From contig NW_004797531.1 in the NCBI RefSeq assembly GCF_000002075.1, forward strand, positions 527,107-591,106: a stretch of 64,000 bases of DNA, given 5' to 3'. The DNA comes from Aplysia californica (Eukaryota). Positions within the stretch are counted from its first letter, which is position 1. Each line of letters begins with the position of its first letter. The notes under the pieces were generated by a model. That model worked only from the letters and a program-made list of their open reading frames with translations, searched no databases and had not been told where the DNA came from. The translations under genes were made by a program, and so were the position numbers. Positions 35,601 to 47,600 of this stretch are shown in pieces.

Positions 35601-38600
35601 CATGTTACCTTAATGCCTTTTTCATAGAACAATTTTCTGTAGAAGTGTCTATTTTATGGCAGGGGTTTTATTTTGTTCAATTTGGGGTTTAATGATTAAA
35701 TTATTAGTTTCCTTTCAGTTTCTCTTACAGGAGGTTTTTAATTATTTTTTTTACTGAAGTTCAGAACTTTGCAAAATGTTTGAATTTTTTTCGTCTCATG
35801 TTGTTTTATTCTGACACTCTGTGCATCAGTTTATACAAACTTTTTATCTTAACATGTTCTGCTAATTTATCTGCCTTGTTTCATATGATTTCATATCTTG
35901 TTCTAATCACATATTTTCAGTAAAAGATCAACTTCCACAATCCGTCCTGAGACATCTGAGATGGATAATGCAAAAGGTCTGTTTCACAATTGTTTTTGTT
36001 CCATCATGGTATGGTTAGGAAAATTATAAAAAATAAAGGACAGTTTTCTTTTGTTTTGCACCCCCTCCCCCCCCCCCCCAAAAAAAAAAGCAAAATCAGA
36101 ACAAGACTATAAGAAAAATTATCTCTCCCCCCCAAAAAAAAAAAATATTAAAAAATCAACTTATTGATAACATTTAGAGAAATTACAGCAGAACACTTGA
36201 TGACTGATAATGATGCTTCCTTCGCTTGAGGCTTTGTTCAGTATGAACCTTGAAGTAACACAGCTACTAGACACAGCTGCTCATGGATTCCACCCCTACA
36301 TCTTCATATTTGGCCCTGAGAAATTGGGACCTGATGCCTTGAGTATGCATGAAGTGCCTAATTCAACTTTGAAGAAGTGGATATGCCACCAGTGTGACAG
36401 AAATATGTTAAATCAGTCTTTAAAAGTAGTGTGATTTATTCATCATAAGATATATGATATTTGGATGCTTAATATAGGATCTACCTGAAAACTCAAATAT
36501 ATTTTGATCTTCGTATTTGAATAATATTGCTTTAGTTTTGTTGTAAAATTTGATTTAAAGTTTCTAAATCTTATATGTATGCTCATATATATTGTAAAAC
36601 AATCAGGATTCCCTTGGACAAGATGTCTTTCTCATCGGACCACCAGGGCCATTACGCCGACAGATCGCCTTGATGTACTTGGTGAGAAGATTTTATGATC
36701 CTGTTATGGAAGTTTTATATTTACTTAAGGGGGCTGGGGAGGGGGGGGCACTATGCCAGGGCCCTTTTGTGTATGAAATGTAGAAGTGACATATCATCAT
36801 CATCATTGCCTTTCTCACCCTGCACCAGGGTATAGGCCACGGACAAACACCCCCCACTTTTCTCTATCCTGGGCTAGCCTCTTGATGTTATTCCATGTCT
36901 TCTCACTTTTCTGTACATCGATTTCTGTGATTCTTCTCCAAGTTCCACGAGGTCTTCCCCTTGATCTCTTGCCCTGTGGGTTCCAATCCAAAACTTTCTT
37001 TGTTATGCAGCTGCCTGACTTCCTGAGAGTATGTCCAATCCATCGCCACCGCCTTCTTCCTACCTCATCCCTGACTGGGATCTGTCTTGTTTTCCTTAAC
37101 ACTTCCACATTGGTGACCCTGTCTGTCCATCTGATCCTCAGTAACTTTCTAAACACCTGTTCAAGAAAACCTGGATCCTCTTTATACAAGTCTGCGATGC
37201 GTTCCATGCCTCACATCCATACAACAGGACCGACTTCACGTTTGAATTGAAAATCCTCAGCTTTGCTCGAAGTGAGATCTCTCTGGTCTTCCAAATCCTA
37301 TCCAAAGATATGAAAGCAGCCTGTGCTTTTCCAATGCGGGACTTTATTTCAGCACCTGTTCCTCCCTCTCTGTCAATTATGCTCCCAAGATAACAGAAGG
37401 ATTCAACGTTTTCTAGGGCCTTTCCTTTTATTGTGACCTGCTCCTTTCGTTGTGCATCTGTCCTTAGTACCTTTGACTTTCCGGGGTGGATCCTCAATCC
37501 AACAGACTCCGATAGGCTGTTTAATACTGAAGTCTTTGCTTGTATCTGTTCCTGGGTGTGCGACAGAAGCGCCAAGTCGTCTGCGAAATCCAGATCGTCC
37601 AACTGTGTCCATGGTGTCCACTGTATACCATTTCTGTGTCCTCTGGTGGTTTCCTTCATCAGCCAGTCGATTGCCAATATGAAGAGGAACGGTGATAGTA
37701 AGCATCCCTATCTCACTCCAGTCTTGATGTCAAAGCTGTCCGTGAGCTGGCCATCATGTACAACCCTGCAACTTGTCCCTTCGTACATGCTTTTGATGAG
37801 GTTCACCAACTTCTGTGGGATTCCATGGTGTCTCATTATCTTCCATAGTGTCGCTCGGTCTATACTGTCAAAGGCCTTCTCGTAGTCAAGGAAGTTGACA
37901 ATCAGCTGGGAGTTCCACTCCAGGGACTGTTCCACAATAATCCTCAGCGTGGCAATCTGGTCGGTGGTTGAGCGATTTTTCCGGAAACCGGCCTGTTCAT
38001 CCCGCAGTCTTGGATCCGTTCCTGTCTTGATTCTTTCCAGAACGATTCTGTTGAAGACCTTACCTGGTATTGAGAGAAGAGTGATCCCTCTATAGTTGCT
38101 GCAGTTGCTGAGATCCCCCTTTTTTGGAAGCTTCACGAGGTGTCCTTCTTTCCAATCCTTTGGGAACTTGCTCTCATTCCAGATCCTGGTAAACAGTGGG
38201 AGTAGGATGTCTGCCGTCACATTGGCATCTGCTTTTAGGGCTTCAGGTGGAATCTGGTCAGGACCGGCCGCTTTACCTTTGTTCAGCTTCTTAATGGCAT
38301 CCAAAATCTCTTGTTTTGATGGAGCATCACAGCAGATAGGTAACTCATTTCTTGCTGGCAGTATGTTTGGTGGGTTACTCGGTGGTGGTCTGTTCAGGAG
38401 ACTGTTGAAATGCTCTACCCATCGCTTAGACTGAGCTTCCTTTCCAAAAATGCTTTTCCCGTCTTGGTCCTTTACAGGTACTTCAGGTTTCCCATATTTT
38501 CCAGCAAGTGTCCTTGTGGTCTGGTAAAGGATTTGCATGTGCCCTCCTATCGCTGCTTCCTCTGCCTTCTCTGCAAGCCTGTTTATGAATTCCTCCTTGT

Positions 38601-41600
38601 CTTTTCTTATTGATTTCTTGACATCTTTAGCTGTTGTCCTGTACTGCTCCAATACATCCGCTTTTGATCTTCTTGTTCTACTTGCATTCGCTTCTGCCTT
38701 CAGTTGTCTTCTTATCCTAATTAGATCCAATGAGTGTTGGCTAATCCATTCCTTGTGCTCCCATTTCTTCCCACCGAGTACTTCTTGACATGTTGATGTA
38801 AAGACTTCTTTGACCTTGGTCCAGTGTGTATCCACCTCCGTGTCCTCCCCGTCAAGATCAGCCAGAGGTTGAAATCTGTTCCTCAGCTGCAGTTGAAACT
38901 CTTCTCTCTTGTGTCCGTCCAAGAGACTTACTTGGAACTTGGTTCTTTTGATTCCTGTGCTGGTTCCGTGCTTTTTGAGTCGTAGCTTCAGTTTTGCCAA
39001 CAGCAGATGATGATCCGATCCAACATCTGCCCCTCTCTGTACTTTGACATCTTCCATTGAACGCCTGAACTTACGAGAGATACAAAAATGATCTATCTGG
39101 TTCTCCGTCACTCCATCTGGCGAAACCCATGTGGCTTTGTGGATCTTCTTGTGGGGAAAAACAGAGCCTCCAATAACAAAACTGTTGAAAGCACATATAT
39201 TTGCGAATTGCTCCCCGTTCTCATTCATTTGTCCCAAGCCATGTTGTCCCATAATTCTTTCATACCCAACGTTGTCCTGACCAATCTTGGCATTGGCATC
39301 TCCCATTATGATGTTGACATCCTTCCTTGGTAGTTTGTCGATGACCCCCTGGAGCTGGCTGTAAAAGGCATCCTTGTCTTCATCTGAAGCATCATTTGTT
39401 GGGGCGTAGATCTGTACTATATTCATGTTGATGTTCTTGCTCCTTGTAGTGAATGAAGCCATGATGATCCTTTCCCCGTGTGGTTCCCATCCTCTAAGTG
39501 ACTTCTGTGCATACTTACTCAAAATGATTCCCACTCCCTCCGCATGGTACTTATCTTCCCTCCCTGAATACAATACTTGTTCCCCCGAGCTGAGCTGCTT
39601 CTGTCCAGACTGTATCCAGTGTGTTTCGCTGACTCCTAGTATGTGCAGCCTGTATCTCTTCATCTCTTGTACTACTTGAGAACTCTTTCCTGCTTCATAC
39701 AAGGTGCGAACATTCCACGACGCAATCCGGAGAGACTTGTTCGACAGAGAAGGTTTCGGGTCAGAAGAGTCCTTTCGGCTTTGTCGGCTTTCCTTCATTG
39801 TTCCTGCTGATACAGAAGCTCCTCCGTCTCCCAAGATCGAAAAATAAAAAGCTGTGTTTGTCCGTGTTTCTGTAACTTACTGTTTTTTACTGGGTTGGGT
39901 AGTTGGCCCTCCGCAAACTGGCACTTTTCGGGCGACCAGACCTGTGCACTTTTAGTCGCCTCTTACGACACGCAGTATCACGGCAGGTGTATTCTTTGCT
40001 CCCCCATAGTAAAACTACGGGGCCCCCCACCAGCAGAGGTGAGAAGTGACATATGCGTCACAAAATTGGTAATTTAATAGTAGTAATAGTTATAGACTGC
40101 ATTTACATAGCACTCTATCCCATACAAGTGTAAGCTCTTTCGAAAGAAGTTAACTTTTTAAACATTGTTCTTCATCTAATGAATGGACTTTCGGTGAAAG
40201 AGACCTGTTTTCGACAATTGCCGAAAAGTAATTTGACGTCTAAGTTATCGGAAAGGAATGTACTCAAGCTGCTGCCAGCAAGTCACCAGCACAGTGGCTG
40301 CGACCATGAGCCGCTGGGAGCGACTTCCTGGAGATAAGAAATTGAAGCTTTAATAGCTGTGGAGATTTAACACTTTGCAGTCGCACTGCCAGCAGTACAA
40401 AATACCCCATGTGGTCACCCAGCCAGGAGAGCGACTGCAACAGACTTCTCGGGGCTGGTGCAGTTCGGATAATTTTCACCAGCATGTTATTGGGCAGAGT
40501 GACCGCAAAGTGTTAATATAATGTGAGAACAATTTATTTTTTGGGTACTTTTTCATATGTTATGAGACGATAATTTTGTAAGAACAGTTATGATCCTTCT
40601 AGGACTTATAATTAAAATTGTTTTACTATGGAGGATTTTAAGAATCCACCAATGACTCCTGTTTGCTAATGCTCTAGTCTTTATGTATTTGTTAGTTGGT
40701 GCGTTTGCGGGGTTTGGATGCATCATTATGTCTATGATTTTTTGTGAAACTTAAGATCATGGGAAATCGGAATGGAACTGCAGTTAAGGATTTATCTGAC
40801 TATTTAAAAGAATTAAAAATATTTATATTATTTTCACAATGCAATAACAGTCAAATGATTATTTTTATTTAGATGACCTTATCTTTGTAATTCTACAGCA
40901 ACTGACAAAGCGGGAGATTGAATATGTGTCATTGTCCAGAGACACGACCGAGTCAGACCTCAAACAACGGAGAGAAATTGAAAGTGGCACTGCATCGTAC
41001 ATAGACCAGGCAAGTTGGATTATTCTTAGAATTTTTAAAGACTACAATTAATTTTCTTTCTTTAAATTTAATAAATTGGTGTTTTGTTTTGTTAGTTGGC
41101 ATAGTGATGATTTTGCTGCCATCATCATGATGATCATTAGTATTATATATTAGAAGTATACATATGTGTATGATAATTGTAAATTTATCTGGTTGTTAAG
41201 AAAGAATAAAACTGGTTCACTCATCAAGTATTCAGCTTTAAGACGAAAAGAGTAAACATTGATTCTCTTTCAAACTTTAGAATAAAAATATTATTTTTCT
41301 GCTTTCGAAATGAACTCTTCATTTTCTCTTCTTTAACTGATTTCCTCTTATTTGATTCATAGTGTGCTGTGAGAGCAGCCCTGGATGGTAGGGTTCTGGT
41401 TTTGGAAGGGATTGAAAAAGCGGAGCGGAATGTCCTCCCGGTTCTCAATAATTTATTGGAAAACCGGGAGATGCAGCTGGATGATGGCAGGTTCCTTATG
41501 GCAGCTGACAGATACGATAAGCTCCTAGCTGATCACACCCAAGAGGAACTGGATGCTCTCCGTCTTGTTAGAGTCAGTAAGGACTTCAGGGTCATTGCCC

Positions 41601-44600
41601 TTGGACTTCCAGTACCTCGTTACCAAGGCAACCCTCTGGATCCACCTCTGAGATCTAGATTTCAAGCACGGGACATCCATCCTACTCCTTTTAAGGTGAG
41701 AAGTCCCATGGGTAAGCTCAGTTTCGTTCCCTGTCCTATTGTTTTGTTCACTCTGAATGATATTGTGTGTGTTTGTGTTTGTGCGTGGGTGGTGTGCACT
41801 TGTGTGAGCATAGCATGTTCTTGTCTCTGGGTGTGTTTTGCTTATGTGTTAGAGAAAGTGAGAGAGCTCATGTTTATTCATGCATTTTACTACGCATGAA
41901 TATGTGTATATCATGTTCGTGTTATGTTATTGCAAAGCACATTGAACACTTGCTGAGTAGAAATGCTGCATACAAATGTGGTCCCTATTGATATTGCAGC
42001 AAATCATTGACTTTTGCAGGCTGAATGCGTCTTCATGCTATGTCGTACCAAGACAGAAGGAAACAAATGTTATAGAATGATGTTGGATTAAAATCATTTT
42101 CTAACTCCTTTTGTTGAATGAGATACCATTCAGAAAAGAATGGGACCAGTGATGTTTTCCATAGTTTGTATTCTGCTGGATGTCATCTTTTGTTTCCTGA
42201 TAGATTTGTTGATTTGAGATAAATTATTTAATACTGTTGATACTCTGTTGATTTGTCTTGATGATGAATTGTGCAATTAAATTCTTTTTCCTCAGGAAAT
42301 GCTTGGAGAGCTCCAGGAATTAGCACCAAATGTTCCTTCAGAGAGGTTTGTGTTATATTCCTTAATTTGAAAATACACATTTCCCTTTTTACTTTCAATG
42401 AGTTCATTTTTTTAGGAATTATATGCGGAGAGGTCATAGAACTGAACTCTGTACTATATGTTTAAAAAAATGATAACCTTTAAAAGCTGCTACTTGACAC
42501 AGATTGTTTGACAAAGGATAAAGGACAAGATGTAAAAATAATTTTAATACTTATTTTTATGGATTTTGTTCAGTCTTCTTAATACAATTAAGTAAGTCCA
42601 TAAGTTCTCTTTTTTGTGTCACTAATCAAATACAGTTAGTATAACGATAAACTTTTTTGCTCAGTTGGCCAGAAAGTGTACAGAGAAAATACATTCTGTA
42701 TAGTTTGATCAAAAGGCTACTGAGAATGGTTTAGAGTGATGTGAAACAAGTTTTCCTAACAGGTAACAAACACAACACACTCTATGAATTTCAGATTGGC
42801 CCATATGGTATCCTTTGCCACTGCCATGCTTCAGAAAGAGTCCTCATCCCTTGGGCTGCCAGATTTCCCTGTGGATAATTTACGACACATAGTCAAAATT
42901 TTGGTATGACAGCAATTTCTTTCAAGTTGTCAGTGTTAAGTAAATATTAGAATTAACAGTTTTTTGTGCCTTGTCAGTTTGGGGAGAGATATAACAGTAT
43001 GTATGTATGTATGTGTGTGTGTGTGTGTGTGTGTGCTTGTGTGTGCCTAATCAGATGTATTTTTTGCAAAATGTATGTGTGAAGACACCAAAGTTTAGGG
43101 GAATGTGAAGCATTGGTACTATGTTATTTGTGGTTATGAGGACATTTAGAGGACACTCTAATCTATTGTCAATAAAAAAAAATTTCTAGGTAATCTTTAA
43201 GGTTATATTATTGTTGCATATAGACTAGAACTTAGAAATCAAATGTCGCACTTAAGTTTTAACATTTTTTTGTTTCTGAACATTTCAGAATAGCATGCCA
43301 AATGCCTCAGATGCAGAACTGCTGCAGAGATTGTACCCCTACTCTGTAATGCTGGGTAAAGAAGGCAAGACTGCTGTGGAAGATACTCTAAAGGTGAAAA
43401 GTTCATGGATATTACAATTGCTCTTGTTATTTTTCTCGTGTTGTTCTTTTTTAAAAATTCCTAAAACGACTGGTTTAGAGGTTAGGCTGATTATTATTTT
43501 AACCCATTGTTGACTAAGGCCCCTGCCAGAAAGCTGCTCCCCAGGAACTGAGCATTTTACCTGATCACCAGCAAACTGACCAGCAAACTGGGGTAGTGTC
43601 AGGAAAATGCTTATAGCTCTTTTATTTGAGGAATAAACCCTCACAAAGTAAATATTTTTGGAAAGGGAATTGAATTTTGAATGTGTTCATGTAGTTTTTG
43701 TGCTGTTTGACTTAGTTTGAGAAAAGTTTGAGTAATTTGAAAGAAGGCAATTGAAATTATTTTTTTCCTAAAAATTGAATGACTAAAAATCCCCAAATTC
43801 AACTTTTATTTTTCAAGAAAGACACAGTGTCAGCGTATAAAATGTGGAAAATTCAAAGTCCTTTACTTTGAAAAAAAAAATTATTCAAATCTATTGACTA
43901 TTGCAGAAGTTATGTCAAATTCAAAATAGTCACCAATTTTTTATTTCCAGATGATTTTGGGGGGAGACCAGAAATGAAAATATTGTGAATGTGTTCTATT
44001 TGCCATGTATAGATACAACATTTTTGTAAAGGAAATTGAATTTTGAATGTGTTCATGTAGTTTTTGTGCAATTTGATTGAGTTTTAGGGAAGGTTGAGTA
44101 ATTTGAAAAAGGGCCTTAAAAAAAAAAATTCTAAAAGTTTGACAACTGAAAATCCCCTAATTCAACATTTCAAAAACAAGTTACTCCTACAATGTTTATG
44201 TAGAATGTGAAGTATTCAAAGCCCTTATTTTGGAAAAAAAAAAAATTCAAATCCATTGATTATTGCATAAGTTATGTCAAATTGAAAATAGTCGCCAATT
44301 TTTTATTTTTGGATGGTTCTTGAGTCAGCCAAAAATGAAGAGATATGTCCTTTTTTTCAATGCATACATACTGAATATGAACTGTTTCCACAATACATAG
44401 ATTTTGAATAACTGTGTTAGGATTAATTACAAAAAACCCCCCACAACAAATAAAATGTTAATATGTTACACAAAAACAGGCCCTACTTACCCGTCGACGC
44501 TTGCTCAAAATTCACATCCAAAGTGAAAACACAATAATCCACAAAAGAAAAACCACAATATAAAACCACACGGGCCACTTATCTTCCACTTCCACTGGAT

Positions 44601-47600
44601 ATGAATTGGGCAAATCTTCCTTGGTGTGGATCTGGGTTCTGAATTTTCCTCCTTCCTCCTGGGATGTTATCGCCGCTGACTGCTCTCCGTGTTGACGTGT
44701 ACCACCGTGGTGGCCTGCAGTCAAAACATTGCCATGCATGCCTGCTGTGATGCTGAGTTCCTTCTTTCTCGCTGGTGACGTCTCCAATCAGGCTGTTGGT
44801 GGAGTCTCTATGAAATCCTGAAACCCAGAGCTCTTCCGTCCGGGGTTGAATGCTTGCAGAAGTCTAGGCGTTATCGCCACCATTTTTTCTACCTGAAATA
44901 TAGACAGAAAAGGGACGAACGGTGGGGAAGGAGTGAAAGGTTACTTTTCGTACACGAGAAAACAAAGATGGCTGTGAAGGTAAATGTTACGCATGTAAAT
45001 AATATAAAAACAACTAGTCGATCTGAACAACACTACAAATGTCCCTCTGCAAGATTACTATTATCGGATATCTAAAAAGTGCTGAGAGCTTTTCTTTCCG
45101 ATTTTGGAAGAGAACTCCAATTGTTCATAGCCTAATACTAAAAGTAACAATAACGCCTAATCGTAATACAGTCAGGACTCGTATATATAAAAAAATCTCG
45201 GTCAAAATCTCGAACAATACAAGTTTTTCCCATAATGTAATCATTCACAAAGCAGAGAATCACATGATGCTTTCTCTAAATGAAATTTAAAAAAACCCCA
45301 AGCATGCAATCAATGGTCATGTGCAGAGATACAAATACAGTAGGCAGTGAAACAGTAAGAAGCGAGGAAAGAATTATAATTCTATGGCGCTACATACTAC
45401 ATACCTTTGAATACACGAGCAGTTCGTGGCTGTAGATTCGTCGTCGTCCACTTGTTATGAAAAAAAGCGTCGACTTCCACGGTGTCATCGAACATCCCGA
45501 GAAACCAGTCGTCGTCGCCTTGTGCACGGTCAATAGGATCGGTCGGATGACCAACACTACCGCCGCGCGCCTCAGGCAAGTTGACAGCTCCGTTCACCAC
45601 CTCATCCCCGTCGTTGTCGCTGAACTCTCCAACCTCAACATCACTACCCTCACTCACATCGTCATGAAAAGATTAGATGCCATTGTTGTAAAACAATACA
45701 CTTTGCACAAAGATTTTCGCAAGCGAAGTGAAATAGTCCGTCCTTTTCGCGAAAAACGCAAGAAACGAACTGGCAGATAGCGGGGCTTCGAAGCGTCTTC
45801 TTGTTTGCGGATGTGACAAAAAATATAGCTGTGCGCATGCGCGGGTGTGTTTTCGGTATTATTTTTGGTAATGACATCACCCCTCGGAGGTTTCCGGTGC
45901 TAATTATAGACACTTTGGGTTATTTGTTTTAGAACGAGCCAATGAGAGCACGCGTTGCTCTCATACCCCACGCTAATTTCCGCGGGAATAGCAAAGTAAT
46001 GAGTCATATTACGACGACTATTTTGAACTGTTATGACGGACGGGGGAATGACCTTTCGGACGGTACCAAACATGATAGGGTAGGCGGCATTGAAAAGCCC
46101 GTAACCAAGGCCCGAAAATCGGCAAAATTCGCTGTTCAGAGGAGCTAATGACCTCTGATTTTTTAGGGTAGTCTATAAATACGCTTCTAACACGATAATA
46201 TTTCATATTTTCAAGTTTCACTTTGATTGGTAGTATTCCAAAATGGATTAAGTACCCATTGTGGAACATACCAAGTCCATCGGTCGCGTGCTCGTCTCGT
46301 GATAGAACAAACCCAAGCTGATGCGTACCAAATGCGTTTGCCGGTATGAAAGGATATCTACCCACGGATGCGTATGCCGGTATCAATGGGTTAAATACAC
46401 ATGATCGATTTTGTGCAATAAACTTCTGATTACCTTGAGACTGCTTCGATGCTCAGAATGTTCCTACTATAGCTTAAGTTGGGTGTTTAACGTCCCGACA
46501 GAGTACTGAGATAGTTTTTAATGAAAATGAATTTTTTGTGTAACGAAAGTTGTTGCAGTAATATCAGATTTTGCAAACATGTAATGAATATTGCGTTCCC
46601 TTTTCATATTCTGAACATTTTAGAAACTTAATTTGAGGTTTCCTGTCTTTCTTTTAGGTTTCTATTATTTCATGATCAGAGATATTTTAATGAGCAGGTA
46701 ACAGGCTTCTGTTACATCAGGGCTCCTGCACCTGTTCTGAAAAATGTGAGGAAGCACTGACAAGCCTGTATAGATCACCCCCTGTTCTAAATTTTCAAAT
46801 AATTGCAAAGCTTTAACACACTTTTTCAGAAATTTGAGATTTCCCGTATTGAGTCTGAAGCGCCAACCACAGTTGCAGGCCTTGACCGAGGGGAAATTTC
46901 AGCCGGTGTCAGTTTGAAGCATGGAAAGAAAACATTTTCCTTTGAGGTGAGTGACTGGTATAAAAATGACTCATTTGAAAGTTACTTTTTTTTTCAGCCT
47001 GTCAAAAGAAGTTAAAAAACCTTTGAGTAGTAAAAAGAAAGGTGGCAAAATACTTTCTTCATTTGGTTCTTTTTTAAAGTATCGTTCACATTCCTATTTA
47101 ATGAAGTCCGTACCAGATAGTCTTTTGTTTCATCTAAAAAGACCAGGCAGGCTGCTCCAGAAAGTTGCACATTCAAACATCAAAGTGTTGAATTTTTTTA
47201 CATTGCCCTAACATTTCCCTGCAAACGATAATTTGGTTCATCGTTATTCTTAAAGGTATATTATTGAGCTGAGAAATGGAGAGTGAGGGAAGCAACTATA
47301 CTCTAGAAATTGTTTATTTATCATGTTTTATACGCAGAACCTGGGGAGAGCACAATGCCTGAATCCTCCTTTATGAGATTTTAAGAATGTTTTATTGTAC
47401 TGCATTTTACCGGTGCCGCAGGTAACATATTTGGTTAGACTCTCGGACTCGCAACCGTAAGGACGTGGGTTCGAATCCCGTCAGGGACCCGACGTGTCCT
47501 TGGGAAAGGCACTTTACACGAATTCTCCTCACTTCACCCAGGTGGGAATGGGTACCTGGCTATAGACAGCGAAAGATCTTGTCAGTTTGTTTGTGTTTGA

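Noticed and set aside
35977-36606. U12-type intron to explain the weak acceptor
   Set aside because: The donor GTCTGT does not match the U12 RTATCCTT consensus.
36630-36665. Degenerate Walker A (GPPGPLRR) as a lineage novelty
   Set aside because: As I recall, vertebrate VWA8 has the same sequence, so it is a family feature.
47412-47490. tRNA gene
   Set aside because: A B box is present but I could not build an acceptor stem, and the sequence continues into a SINE core and tail.
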